Below are positions 40,278 through 50,585 of a DNA stretch of 64,000 nt, one piece after another. Position 1 is the first letter of the stretch, and each line of letters starts with the position of its first letter. The notes below the pieces were generated by a model, which did no database searches, was not told the origin of the DNA, and was given only the letters and a program-made list of their open reading frames with translations. Origin of the DNA: Brevinema andersonii (GTDB taxonomy: Bacteria > Spirochaetota > DYKD01); assembly GCA_020722765.1 (NCBI GenBank), contig DYKD01000008.1, positions 1,304-65,303 of the forward strand, read 5' to 3'. A program made the translations under genes and the position numbers.

Positions 40278-42110
40278 TCAAGACCTGATATCCATGTCCT
40301 TCATATTCAAATTGAAATAGGTCTGCCCGTTTTTTTCCTGTATGGAAACGATGACAACCATGTCCACTGACTGACCGACCAGCACTTTTTTTTCGAACTT
40401 TTCCATATCTTTGATTCCGAAAAAATTCTCTGGCTCCCATAATGTAACCGAATTCCTGAACAGATCATCCGAAGAGACAATACCGATTTTCAGGAAATGC
40501 CTAATCTGATTCCTGTTCTTATCATAGTATGTATTCACAAAAATATCATTGATGCGGACGTTTTCAAGCATAAACAGTGGTGGTTCATTCGCTTGTCCGA
40601 ACGGTTCTAGCTGTGCTAAAAAATTTCCATAGTCAGGACGCGCTTCCTCGAGACCAAGAACAGCGTCTATCTCCAGAGTTGGAACAAGCATTTCTGAAGT
40701 GATCTCTTTATCTGCCAGGGTTTCCAGATCCCTGACAAAGGATTCGAACAGCTGGAGCTTCACGCTCATTCCTGCTGCACCAGCATGCCCCCCCCACTTC
40801 TCATAATATTTTTTGGCCTCCAACTGCTTTAACAGATCGAATAGGTTCAAACCATCAACAGAACGGGCAGACCCAACAGCCATTCCTGAGACCCTGTCCA
40901 AAGAAAAAATGATGGTTGGCTTGAAAAAGAGCTCTGCGATCTTTCCAGCCACGATACCACGGACACCCTCATCAATCCCTTCACCAGAATAAATGATGAT
41001 TTTTTTTCTTGCATACGTGATATTTCCCCGAACCTCCTCTTCGATACGACGGCCCAATTCATCTTGAATCTTTTTCCTTTTCGTATTCATCGTCTCAAGT
41101 TCAGAAGCAAGCTGTTCCACTTCATGTTCATCCTGGCTGATCAGAAGCCTTGTTGCTAGAGACGCATCTCCAACCCTACCTGCAGCGTTAAGTCTGGGAA
41201 CAATGCCGTGGGATACCGCTTTTGAAACGATCGGCTGTTCCATATCACCGGAATATTTCCTTATGAGACGGAGACCTTTGTTCATCCCTTTTTCACCTGA
41301 AATGACCGTATCCAGAATCCTGAATCCAGCCTTGACAATGGTACGGTTATCATGAGAGAGCGGAACAATATCACCGACAGTACCAATCGCAGCGAGCTCC
41401 AAAAATGCTCCCATCTTGAATGAACCCGCTATTCCAGGATCAGATCTGGCAAGAGCGAGGACAAGACAAAACGCCACTCCCGCACCTGCCCAAGACTTGA
41501 AAGGATAATCAAAATCATGACGCTTGGGATCCAGAACAGCTACAGCGGAAGGCAAAACATCTGGAACTTCATGATGGTCAGTTACAATCACATCAACACC
41601 TTGATTAAGAGCGGATTGAACCTCTACCACATCACTGACACCACAGTCAACAGTAATGATAAGGGTAGCTCCCAGCTTTACAGCTTCCTGTACTCCATCT
41701 GAATTGAAACCGTATCCTTTTCCAAATCTTGAAGGCTGATAAGTATGTACAGCAATTTGAGGATAATATGTCTTAAAATAGTTATAGATGATTGAAATAG
41801 AAGTGATGCCATCACAATCATAATCACCAAATATCAGGATCTTCTCATCCTTCTTTATAGCAGTCCTTATCCTGTCAACAGCCCTGTCCATATCAGGAAG
41901 CCTGAAGGGATCCATGAAATCAGCAGGTGAAAAAGTCTTAAAACTTTTCAGGAAGAGTGAGATACTTTCAACTGAACCATATCCCCTGCCTGCGAGAAAC
42001 CTCACCTGGTTGACTGTCAGTGAAATCCCGGACTTAACCAGATCCTTTCGGAGCGCATCTGCCTGTTCAATCGATATCTTGTCAAACCTTTTATGCCACC
42101 GGTATTTCAA
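40278..42110 (-). CDS. recJ: single-stranded-DNA-specific exonuclease RecJ
   Basis: DHH motifs (GDYDCDGITS; VIVTDHH), a DHHA1 region, and an OB-fold C-terminus, 610 aa. Confidence 0.85.
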   Translation of the reverse strand: MKYRWHKRFDKISIEQADALRKDLVKSGISLTVNQVRFLAGRGYGSVESISLFLKSFKTFSPADFMDPFRLPDMDRAVDRIRTAIKKDEKILIFGDYDCDGITSISIIYNYFKTYYPQIAVHTYQPSRFGKGYGFNSDGVQEAVKLGATLIITVDCGVSDVVEVQSALNQGVDVIVTDHHEVPDVLPSAVAVLDPKRHDFDYPFKSWAGAGVAFCLVLALARSDPGIAGSFKMGAFLELAAIGTVGDIVPLSHDNRTIVKAGFRILDTVISGEKGMNKGLRLIRKYSGDMEQPIVSKAVSHGIVPRLNAAGRVGDASLATRLLISQDEHEVEQLASELETMNTKRKKIQDELGRRIEEEVRGNITYARKKIIIYSGEGIDEGVRGIVAGKIAELFFKPTIIFSLDRVSGMAVGSARSVDGLNLFDLLKQLEAKKYYEKWGGHAGAAGMSVKLQLFESFVRDLETLADKEITSEMLVPTLEIDAVLGLEEARPDYGNFLAQLEPFGQANEPPLFMLENVRINDIFVNTYYDKNRNQIRHFLKIGIVSSDDLFRNSVTLWEPENFFGIKDMEKFEKKVLVGQSVDMVVIVSIQEKNGQTYFNLNMKDMDIRS

Positions 42111-42119
42111 AAAGAACCT

Positions 42120-43175
42120 CTAATCCAACTCTTCAACAACAGCTGTTTCAATCTTATATTTTTCCTTAATCATGGAAAGAACATTCTCTGCCTCATCCTC
42201 ATCTGAATACCTGCCAATCCTGACCATGTAAACATATTTCCTCTTCACTTTTTCAACCTTATAAAAGACAGGGAAACCGTCTTTCTTAAGTGCCAACCTG
42301 AGATTATTCGCAGAACGCGCATCATCATAGCTTCCCACAGTCACACAATAGGATGATTGAGAGGTCTTGTTTGGAACATATCCTGTCTGTCTGACATCTT
42401 TCTGCAAAGCAGGATTCTTTTTCTTTGAAACATTTTTCAGACGAGGAATAGAAAATTTGGCAAGTTCAGAATCAGGAAATTCCTTTATGACTATACCGTA
42501 ATACCTCTCTGCTTCAGAATAATTCCTGACATGAGCATAGGATTCAGCAAGATAAAAACAGGCTTCAAGCCGGACATCACTGTCAACATAATCCTTGACT
42601 GCACGCTTATAGTTGGTAATGGCAGAATAATATTTCTTCTGTTCAAAAGAAAGATCTCCCAACCTCAAAGCAGCCATAGGCTGATAGGAATCATGAAATT
42701 TGCTTTTCAAAGTCTCCCAAAAAAAATACTCAGCCTTTGCATATTCCTTCCTAAAAAAAGCGATGTTACCAGCCCAATAATAGGAAGCAGGCCTAAATTT
42801 GCTTTTGACGAAATTTGAACCTATTGTAAGAAAGGCCTTCATTGCTTCAGTATAATTATTATGAAGATAATAAAGGCTTGCCAACTTATACTGGATCCGA
42901 TCCGGCTCAGGGTAATCAGGATAGGAGGAGAGAAGATTCTTCAACATGACAAGCGAATCGAAGTAATCCGAATTCCTGTCAATGATGGCGAGCGAGGCAT
43001 CCACAATATACCTGCTTTTTGGATGCTTGGTCTTGAGTATTTCCAAAGAAGAGTCCGCCACAGGAAAATTCCCTGAATTTAAAGCCCTCATGACATTGCT
43101 GAACAGCACTGTTTCCTGCGCATGAAGCGAAAAAAAAGATGATAGAATAAAAATAAAAAATACCGACTTTTTCAT
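42120..43175 (-). CDS. TPR-repeat protein with C-terminal SPOR domain
   Basis: Signal peptide, several TPR units, and a C-terminal SPOR-like region (YCVTVGSYDDARSANNLRLALKKDGFPVFY...YMVRIGRYSDEDEAENV). Confidence 0.6.
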   Translation of the reverse strand: MKKSVFFIFILSSFFSLHAQETVLFSNVMRALNSGNFPVADSSLEILKTKHPKSRYIVDASLAIIDRNSDYFDSLVMLKNLLSSYPDYPEPDRIQYKLASLYYLHNNYTEAMKAFLTIGSNFVKSKFRPASYYWAGNIAFFRKEYAKAEYFFWETLKSKFHDSYQPMAALRLGDLSFEQKKYYSAITNYKRAVKDYVDSDVRLEACFYLAESYAHVRNYSEAERYYGIVIKEFPDSELAKFSIPRLKNVSKKKNPALQKDVRQTGYVPNKTSQSSYCVTVGSYDDARSANNLRLALKKDGFPVFYKVEKVKRKYVYMVRIGRYSDEDEAENVLSMIKEKYKIETAVVEELD

Positions 43176-43187
43176 TAATATCCTGCC

Positions 43188-43577
43188 TTAACCCTTGATG
43201 AACTTAAGGAAAACCCTTCCTGCCAGAAGCCCTAAAAAGGCACAAGTAATTCCAAGAAAATTTGTTAGCAAGATGTTTCCTGCGGCTGCTGTCATTTCGC
43301 CATCCCGCATGAGATTGAGGGTTTCAAGACTAAAAGTTGAAAAAGTGGTATATGCCCCCAGAAAACCAATCATCATCAGTGCACGGAAATCCCTGCTGAT
43401 AAAAGATTCCTCAAAAAGAATGAAAAGAAAACCAATAATAAAAGAACCTGACAGGTTCACAATCATCGTTCCCCAAGGGAAAAGAGTGGGAAGCCTGGAT
43501 TGGACAGCTTTGACAACAGTGAAGCGGGCTAGAGTGCCAAAACTTCCTCCTACAATCAAAAAAAAAACCTGTCTCAT
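43188..43577 (-). CDS. crcB: fluoride channel CrcB/Fluc
   Basis: 129 aa, 4 transmembrane segments, with GGSFGTLARF and TFSTFS motifs. Its start overlaps the upstream stop by 4 nt. Confidence 0.8.
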   Translation of the reverse strand: MRQVFFLIVGGSFGTLARFTVVKAVQSRLPTLFPWGTMIVNLSGSFIIGFLFILFEESFISRDFRALMMIGFLGAYTTFSTFSLETLNLMRDGEMTAAAGNILLTNFLGITCAFLGLLAGRVFLKFIKG

Positions 43578-44791
43578 TTTTTATTCATCGCTTCAGCGAT
43601 TTTCCTGCCGTAAGCCCTGCATTCTTCCAAAGCTTTTTCATCCGGATTCCAGCTTGCACGTAAACCCTCTGTTACAACTTCAAATCCAGCATGCGTCAAG
43701 CCTTCATTAAGAAGCTTGACAGATTCACCACTCCAGCCATAACAACCAAACGCGGCTGCTTTTTTCTGCTTGAATTTCATACCACGGGCTTCTTCCAAAA
43801 TCGCAGCCATGGAAGTGAGAAAGCCATTGTTCAAAGTGGGAGAACCAAGAACAATTCCTTTGGACCTGAATATGTCGACAATCACATCATTCTTGTCTGA
43901 ATGAGACATGTTCATAACCTTGACAACAGTAGAAGGAGATGCCTCTTGTATGCTCTGAGCGATCACTTCCGCCATCCTGCGTGTGCCATTCCACATCGTA
44001 TCATAAATGATGGAGATCCTGTCTTCCTGATAGCTATCAGCCCATTCTATATATTTTTTTACAACCTGCATGGGATCCTTGCGCCACAAGACACCATGGC
44101 TTGGACATATCATTTCTATAGGAAGATTCATGGCAGTCACTTCAGCAAGTTTTTTAGTGACAAACCCACTGAACGGAGTCATGATATTCGCATAATATTT
44201 GATGGTTTCTTCCATCAGCTCTGCCTGATCCACAGTATCATTGAACATGGATTCAGAAGCGAGATGCTGTCCAAATGCGTCCTGACTGAACAGGATATTG
44301 TCGCCAGTCATGAAACACATCATACTGTCTGGCCAGTGAAGCATTGTCATCTCAACAAAAACAAGCTCTTTTCCATTTCCCAAAGGAAGCCTGTCACCTG
44401 TCTTAAGGATTTTTAAATTCCAGTCCTGATGATACTGACCCTTTAAAGACTTGACCGCATTGGCTGAACAATAGATGGGAGTATCAGGAATATGACGCAT
44501 GAGTTCAGGCAAGGAACCGCTGTGATCAATCTCGCCATGGTTTGCTACAATAAAATCAATTTTGGAAAGCTCTATCTCTTTCTGGAGATTAGAAACAAAC
44601 TCCTTAGCGAAAGGCATCCACACAGTGTCAATAAGGACATTTTTCTCTTCCTTGATGAGATAGGAATTATAGGTGGACCCTTTTCTTGTGGAATACTCGT
44701 CACCATGGAACTTACGCAGTTCCCAGTCAATCTTACCGACATAACGGACATTATTCTTTATTGTAAAAGCCATATGACCTCCTAATGACAT
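43574..44791 (-). CDS. flavodiiron protein (FprA-type, MBL + flavodoxin domains)
   Basis: The HxExDH diiron motif (HGEIDHSG) lies in the metallo-beta-lactamase domain. A C-terminal flavodoxin domain follows. 405 aa. Confidence 0.8.
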   Translation of the reverse strand: MSLGGHMAFTIKNNVRYVGKIDWELRKFHGDEYSTRKGSTYNSYLIKEEKNVLIDTVWMPFAKEFVSNLQKEIELSKIDFIVANHGEIDHSGSLPELMRHIPDTPIYCSANAVKSLKGQYHQDWNLKILKTGDRLPLGNGKELVFVEMTMLHWPDSMMCFMTGDNILFSQDAFGQHLASESMFNDTVDQAELMEETIKYYANIMTPFSGFVTKKLAEVTAMNLPIEMICPSHGVLWRKDPMQVVKKYIEWADSYQEDRISIIYDTMWNGTRRMAEVIAQSIQEASPSTVVKVMNMSHSDKNDVIVDIFRSKGIVLGSPTLNNGFLTSMAAILEEARGMKFKQKKAAAFGCYGWSGESVKLLNEGLTHAGFEVVTEGLRASWNPDEKALEECRAYGRKIAEAMNKK

Positions 44792-44953
44792 ACCGAAACC
44801 TTAATCCATACTGATATAATATAATTTAAGTCAAAAAGCAATTTAGCCTTATTCTTAAATAATAAACACAGATTCCTGATGTGTCAAATTGAAAAAGAAA
44901 GAAGATTTTTGTTTCTGGAAAAAAAGAAAAAAAACGAACCAGAAAAAAAATCT

Positions 44954-45751
44954 TTATGGGGGATTCTTAAGATCAGACTGAGACAATTTCTTGTTGGCTT
45001 TCCGTTTCAACTTTGCATTTACCCTCCCCGTTTCCAAAAGTTCAGGATAAGGATTTCGAGGGGTCATATTGCCTCCATCGAACTGGATGCATGCATAATG
45101 GAGATGAGTGATGGATTTTTTCTTATATGCATTAAGTCCGGACCTGCCGATGGTTCCCAGCTTCTGGCCTGCGGTAACAATCTGCCCAATTGCAACAGAG
45201 ACATCATGAAGATGGGCATAATAGAGGTATTCCTGCTTGTGCGGATCGAGAACCCAGACATAATTCCCACCACGAAGATTGGTCTGCGCAGGAACCCATC
45301 CCGTATTGATGGAAACAACGATTCCATCTGAAGTGGAAAGCACATTCACAAAATCCTGGAGAAGGTCACATTTGCCGTCAAAGTTATTATCATAGACAAA
45401 AATATCATGGGCAGTATGGCTGGCTCTTCTGGTATTGTCATAAAACCTGAAATACTTGGCGCCATAATAACCACTTCCGTTCAAACCACCAATATCTTCA
45501 TGAGTGTGCGCTTCGACAGGGAAGACAAAACCCGGCGCATTTTTTGACTTGAATTGTTTATGGTTTGTACAAAAAGACATCAACCTTGAATGGACTGATA
45601 CCATCTGATTACGTGCTTCTTCAGGTTTTATGGCATTGTCACGGATTTTGATTTCCAGAAGATGCCACTCGTCCCAAGGTTTGACACTGTTCACTGAAAG
45701 CAGGCTGAATACTGTCACAAGCAGGAACAGCGCATAAAGTCTGAACCCCAT
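44954..45751 (-). CDS. M23 family peptidase (LytM domain)
   Basis: Signal peptide from the internal ATG (MGFRLYALFLLVTVFSLLS) and a C-terminal HxH motif (THLHYA). Confidence 0.6.
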   Translation of the reverse strand: MGFRLYALFLLVTVFSLLSVNSVKPWDEWHLLEIKIRDNAIKPEEARNQMVSVHSRLMSFCTNHKQFKSKNAPGFVFPVEAHTHEDIGGLNGSGYYGAKYFRFYDNTRRASHTAHDIFVYDNNFDGKCDLLQDFVNVLSTSDGIVVSINTGWVPAQTNLRGGNYVWVLDPHKQEYLYYAHLHDVSVAIGQIVTAGQKLGTIGRSGLNAYKKKSITHLHYACIQFDGGNMTPRNPYPELLETGRVNAKLKRKANKKLSQSDLKNPP

Positions 45752-45752
45752 C

Positions 45753-47420
45753 TCAGTACCGCCTTTGCCTACTTCTTTGTGAAGGTTTAGCATGCTCCAC
45801 AAGAGACCTACTCCCTTTCTTTTTTTTATTAAAAGCATCAATGATCACTTCAGCATCGTTAAAAGTGACAGTGACAAAAGAGAATGAATCACGGACCATC
45901 ACATCACGGATTCGGGATGCAGGAACACCTGTCTCTTTTTCAATGAGCTCGACTATATCCTTTGGATGCATGTTCCTGTTCCGGCCCATAGCCACAAAGA
46001 GCCTTGTCGTACCGCTGTCATCAACACCGACACCTGAAATATCATCATAGATACCGCGATCAAGATGCTTACCATAATGGATTTTCAAAAGACCTGCAAC
46101 AACATCTGTCGGATTTCGTTTTCCAACAAGCTCCTTGGCCATTTCTTTCATATCGGAAAAATCATTTTTCATGGAAAGGTTAATCTCATCAATGATACGC
46201 ATCCTGCGATTCTTCAAAATATCTTCAACCTTTGGCAAGCTCTGTTTTTTTATGTCCGCATTGGCAAAAGCCTTGATAGAAGCCAGCTTCCTATATTCTT
46301 CAGGTGTGACAAAAGTAATCGCTTTTCCCTGTTTGCCTGCTCGTCCTGTCCTCCCAATCCTGTGTACATAGGATTCCGGATCCTGAGGAAGTGAAAAGTT
46401 GATAACATGTGTCAAATTGGAAATATCAATTCCACGTGCCGCAATATCAGTAGCTATAAGGAGAGCCATCTTCTTACGTTTGAACTTTTCCAAGACACGT
46501 TCACGCTGTTGCTGCGTAATGTCTCCATGCAAAGCTTCCACATCATAACCACGGTCAATCAGTCGCTTGGAAAGTTCTGCTGTATCATTCTTGGTCCTGC
46601 AGAAGACAAGTCCGTATATCTCCCGTTCAGAATCGATGATACGGCAGAGGGCTTCCAGCTTGTCACGGTCATCGACCTCGAACCAGATCTGGTCTGCAAG
46701 ACTTGTTGTGAGCTGGTCGTTTTTCATGACAAGAAACTTATAATCCCTCATGAAATTACGGGCAAGGTTGAGAATAGGTTCAGGCATAGTTGCGGAAAAC
46801 AAGAGGACCCTTTTCTGACGGTTTGTACGGGAGAGTATAAATTCAACATCAGTGAGAAAGCCCATATTGAGCATCTCATCTGCCTCATCGAGGATCATGT
46901 GCGATATCAAATCAAGCTTCAATGTACCACGGTTAATATGGTCAATGACACGGCCAGGCGTACCTACAACAATATCTATTCCACGCTGGAGCTGTCTGAT
47001 CTGCATCTCAATGGATTGCCCGCCATAAATAGGATAGATGGAAAGTAGCTTGTTTCCACGTATGGAGCTGATTTCTTGTGCTACCTGGATGGCAAGTTCC
47101 CGGGTAGGAGTGAGAATGAGCGTCTGTACATGCTTCATGTTTGGTTGAATTTTTTCAATCAAAGGGATGCCAAAAGCAGCAGTCTTTCCGGTTCCTGTCT
47201 GAGCTTGGCCTACAATATCACAGGATTCGTTCATAAGCACTGGAATGACTGCTTCCTGGATAGGAGTCGGCTCTTCAAATCCTTTTTTTTCCAAAGCCAG
47301 AAGCATTTCTTCAGAGAGTGAAAACTGCCTGAAACGGGAATCTTTCTTTTTGTGGGATTTCTGCCTATTCTTTAGGGCAAATACCTTTTTTCCAAATCTG
47401 AAAAGTTGTAATATATTCAT
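45753..47420 (-). CDS. DEAD-box ATP-dependent RNA helicase with C-terminal DbpA-like RNA-binding domain
   Basis: Q motif, AQTGTGKT, DEAD, SAT and HRIGRTGRAG are all present. A DbpA/RRM-like C-terminal domain is also present. Confidence 0.9.
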   Translation of the reverse strand: MNILQLFRFGKKVFALKNRQKSHKKKDSRFRQFSLSEEMLLALEKKGFEEPTPIQEAVIPVLMNESCDIVGQAQTGTGKTAAFGIPLIEKIQPNMKHVQTLILTPTRELAIQVAQEISSIRGNKLLSIYPIYGGQSIEMQIRQLQRGIDIVVGTPGRVIDHINRGTLKLDLISHMILDEADEMLNMGFLTDVEFILSRTNRQKRVLLFSATMPEPILNLARNFMRDYKFLVMKNDQLTTSLADQIWFEVDDRDKLEALCRIIDSEREIYGLVFCRTKNDTAELSKRLIDRGYDVEALHGDITQQQRERVLEKFKRKKMALLIATDIAARGIDISNLTHVINFSLPQDPESYVHRIGRTGRAGKQGKAITFVTPEEYRKLASIKAFANADIKKQSLPKVEDILKNRRMRIIDEINLSMKNDFSDMKEMAKELVGKRNPTDVVAGLLKIHYGKHLDRGIYDDISGVGVDDSGTTRLFVAMGRNRNMHPKDIVELIEKETGVPASRIRDVMVRDSFSFVTVTFNDAEVIIDAFNKKKKGSRSLVEHAKPSQRSRQRRY

Positions 47421-47523
47421 AGGACAGAAGATAATGTTTTATAAACGATTTGTCCTATTTTTCGCTTTCTATTCCGCTATATAATCACTCATATTGCCTG
47501 ATATCTGAAATATCATAACAAGA

Positions 47524-47952
47524 CTAAATACCTGATATGAACCCTACAACTCGTTCCTTTATCTGGTCACGAATCTTCCGGATAGTTTCAAGCACTTCAC
47601 TCTCACTTCCTTCAGCTTTGGAAGGATCAGGAAAACCCCAGTGAAGCCGTTTCCCATTCCCAGGAAAGATGGGACATCTTTCTGCTGCTTCCTGATCGCA
47701 TACAGTAATGACATAAGCAAAATAACGATTTTGCTTGTAGAAATCAAAGACACTTTTTGTCTTTGCCGAGGAGATATCAATACCATCTTCTGCCATCAAT
47801 TTCACGACTGTCTGGTTAAGGACGCCTGGTTCAATGCCTGCGCTTTCTGCAGAAAAACGATCGCCTGCCAGACGATTCAAGTAAGCCTCAGCCATCTGGC
47901 TACGTGCACTGTTATGGATACATACAAAAAGGACTGAAATCTTTTCACTCAT
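47524..47952 (-). CDS. arsC: arsenate reductase, LMW-PTP (thioredoxin-coupled) type
   Basis: VLFVCIHNSARSQMAE is the CX5R P-loop motif. 142 aa. Confidence 0.8.
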   Translation of the reverse strand: MSEKISVLFVCIHNSARSQMAEAYLNRLAGDRFSAESAGIEPGVLNQTVVKLMAEDGIDISSAKTKSVFDFYKQNRYFAYVITVCDQEAAERCPIFPGNGKRLHWGFPDPSKAEGSESEVLETIRKIRDQIKERVVGFISGI

Positions 47953-48063
47953 AATGAACTCCTGTTGATTCTATTTTTCAAGATTACATCAGTTCTGTTA
48001 AGATTTCGTTAAATTCATCCTATTCTATCTTTTTTTTCTTGACTATACGCAACCAAAAATCCA

Positions 48064-48085
48064 TATATAAGGATATCCTTATATA
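48064..48085 (+). promoter_or_regulatory. 22-bp perfect palindrome (TATATAAGGAT|ATCCTTATATA), putative ArsR operator overlapping -10
   Basis: A perfect palindrome lies between TTGACT (48039-48044) and the arsR ATG. ArsR/SmtB repressors bind imperfect 12-2-12 inverted repeats overlapping their promoters. Confidence 0.55.
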
Positions 48086-48098
48086 ACGGAAAAACCAA

Positions 48099-48419
48099 AT
48101 GATTGAAAAACGAAAGAACATCATCAAGTCCTTGAAAGCCCTGTCCGATCCCGTGAGGCTGGAGATTATCAGTCACCTGAAAAAAGGAAACCACTGTGTC
48201 TGTGAAATCATCAGCAAACTGAAAATGTCGCAGCCACGCATATCAAGGCACCTCTCCATACTGAAGGAAGCAGGACTGATTAAAAGAACAAAACGAGGAA
48301 AATGGTGTTACTACAATATCACAAACCAGCAAAAATGGAAAGAGATACGCACAGAACTACATTTCAACATTCCCAAAACACGCCTCTCCTGCAATACATG
48401 CAAAGGAGCCAAATCATGA
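48099..48419 (+). CDS. arsR: ArsR/SmtB family transcriptional repressor
   Basis: HTH (CVCEIISKLKMSQPRISRHLSILKEAGLI) and the metal-binding motif context ELCVCE. Confidence 0.8.
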   Translation: MIEKRKNIIKSLKALSDPVRLEIISHLKKGNHCVCEIISKLKMSQPRISRHLSILKEAGLIKRTKRGKWCYYNITNQQKWKEIRTELHFNIPKTRLSCNTCKGAKS

Positions 48420-49465
48420 AAAACAAGACTTCATCTTCACTTTCGTTCCTTGACAGGAACCTCACACTCTGGATTTTCCTTGCGATGGGTATTGGCATAG
48501 GGCTTGGTTTCTTTTTCCCTGGCATATCAAAATTCTGGGAAAGCCTGAGTATAGGAAGCACGAACATTCCCATAGCCATTGGTCTTATTCTGATGATGTA
48601 TCCTCCATTCACACGTGTCAAGTATGGTGAGATGGGAAAAGTTTTCAACAACAAAAGGCTTCTTTCCTTGTCACTTATCCTTAATTGGGTAGTCGGTCCC
48701 CTGCTCATGACAGGACTTGCGATCCTGTTCCTTAGAGACAGGCCTGACCTTATGATAGGACTGATCATGGTTGGACTGGCACGTTGCATTGCCATGGTGA
48801 TAGTATGGAACGAACTTGCTGGTGGAGACAGGGAATTCGCAGTCGGACTTGTAGGTTTCAACGCCATCTTTCAAGTCCTCTTCTACTCTATCTATATATG
48901 GTTATTCATAACACTTTTTCTTAACCTGACAGGACTGGCTGAAGGTGTGGAAGCGCACATATCCATCAACGAAGCGGCAAAGACAGTCCTGATATATCTG
49001 GGAATACCGTTTTTTACAGGATTCCTAACACGGACAATCGTGCGTCCACTTATAGGTGCAGAGCGATATGACAATAGATTTATAAAACGGGTGGGTCCCA
49101 TCACACTTATTGCACTTCTCTTTACAATCATCGTGATGTTCTCATTGAAGGGAGACGCCATTATCACCCTTCCTTTGGATGTGATTCGTGTTGCAATCCC
49201 GCTGGCACTATATTTTGTTATCATGTGGTTTGCAGGATTCTTTATTGCGAAGCAGACCAAAGCCTCTTATGACAAATGTGCGACAGTGGCTTTCACTGCT
49301 GCGTCAAACGATTTTGAACTGGCTATTGCTGTATCAATTGTCCTGTTCGGGATAGGCTCTGGCCAGGCATTCGCCACAGTCATAGGTCCGCTAGTGGAAG
49401 TTCCAGCTCTGATCCTGCTGGTGGGAGTGGCATTCAAGCTGAAGAAGAGATTCTTTTCCAAATAA
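48416..49465 (+). CDS. acr3: arsenite efflux transporter ACR3
   Basis: About 350 aa, 10 transmembrane segments, and ACR3 family motifs. The ATG overlaps the arsR stop (ATGA). Confidence 0.8.
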   Translation: MKNKTSSSLSFLDRNLTLWIFLAMGIGIGLGFFFPGISKFWESLSIGSTNIPIAIGLILMMYPPFTRVKYGEMGKVFNNKRLLSLSLILNWVVGPLLMTGLAILFLRDRPDLMIGLIMVGLARCIAMVIVWNELAGGDREFAVGLVGFNAIFQVLFYSIYIWLFITLFLNLTGLAEGVEAHISINEAAKTVLIYLGIPFFTGFLTRTIVRPLIGAERYDNRFIKRVGPITLIALLFTIIVMFSLKGDAIITLPLDVIRVAIPLALYFVIMWFAGFFIAKQTKASYDKCATVAFTAASNDFELAIAVSIVLFGIGSGQAFATVIGPLVEVPALILLVGVAFKLKKRFFSK

Positions 49466-49629
49466 ATCAAAATGATTTATTCAAGCCATTGGAAATGTCC
49501 CTCCCAACGACTCAAACATAGTTATAATTCATCAGAAGATTTTTCTATTCAAATTGACACACTGAATAAATTTATCCTTGATTTGACGAACTACTGTTCT
49601 TCTCCTATATTCAGTTGTGAGAGGACTTC

Positions 49630-49923
49630 ATGCCACAAACACGGAAATTCCAGAAAACCGGTTCCTTCCATGTTTATATGTTACAATGCAAGGACGGCAG
49701 TTTCTATACAGGTTATACCAACAATCTGGAAAAAAGGCTGAAACTCCACAGGTCGGGCAAAGGCGCAAAATATACACGTTCACATAGGCCATTGAAACTG
49801 GTATGGACAAAAAAATTTTCTTACTACAGGAGCGCTTTCAAGGAAGAAACCAGGATAAAGAAATTGAACAGGAAACAGAAAGAGAAAATGGTCTCTCACT
49901 TCAGGAATATAACCAAGAAATAA
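49630..49923 (+). CDS. GIY-YIG nuclease family protein (UPF0213-like)
   Basis: FHVYMLQCKDGSFYTGYTNNLEKRLKLH...G.GAKYT is the GIY-YIG motif. 97 aa. Confidence 0.7.
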   Translation: MPQTRKFQKTGSFHVYMLQCKDGSFYTGYTNNLEKRLKLHRSGKGAKYTRSHRPLKLVWTKKFSYYRSAFKEETRIKKLNRKQKEKMVSHFRNITKK

Positions 49924-49928
49924 GAACA

Positions 49929-50585
49929 TCACATCTGTTTTTTTGCAACAACTGCGAACTGGAGAAACGCGATATCACTCCAGGCACCCAAAGTCAGTAT
50001 GGATGCCAGTACAGGTCTAAAGGAACGTGAACGGCTGATACCTTTAATGGTCTCAATGGAATATCCTGCTGGTTCAAATAGTTTTCTTATGCTTTTTTTC
50101 GTGAAAAAGCGGAGATGTGTCCTATCCAAAATTCCGAATTCTTCATAATTCCAGTTTCCTTTAAAAACCAGATCAAAAAAATTCCTGTAAAATCGGACGT
50201 TTGGAATGGATGCGACTACAACACCACCAGGAACAATCTTTGACTTCAAACTGGAAAGCACAAGTTGAGGATCAACAAGATGCTCAAGAACATCGTTGAA
50301 GACTGCGACATCAAAATAATTTTCAGGCAGATCATCAATGCTGGCAAGCGCATCCTTCTGAATCACCTTGTGTAGACGTGTTGCAGCAATGCGGGAGGGC
50401 TCTTCCTCTATTTCTACACCCCAAGCTTCAGCACCAAAATCCTTTGCCAAACGCAAGACAAAATTGCCTTCACCACAACCGAACTCAATAACTTTAGTTA
50501 CGGTTTTTGGGATAAAAGGAATCATATCAACCCTGTTCAATGCAAAATAATCATCAGGCTTTCCCATGTACTGTTTCTCCTTCAA
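49929..50585 (-). CDS. class I SAM-dependent methyltransferase (small-molecule type)
   Basis: Motif I is VIEFGCGEGNF. There are no DNA-MTase motifs (DPPY/NPPY/PC). Confidence 0.65.
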   Translation of the reverse strand: MKEKQYMGKPDDYFALNRVDMIPFIPKTVTKVIEFGCGEGNFVLRLAKDFGAEAWGVEIEEEPSRIAATRLHKVIQKDALASIDDLPENYFDVAVFNDVLEHLVDPQLVLSSLKSKIVPGGVVVASIPNVRFYRNFFDLVFKGNWNYEEFGILDRTHLRFFTKKSIRKLFEPAGYSIETIKGISRSRSFRPVLASILTLGAWSDIAFLQFAVVAKKQM

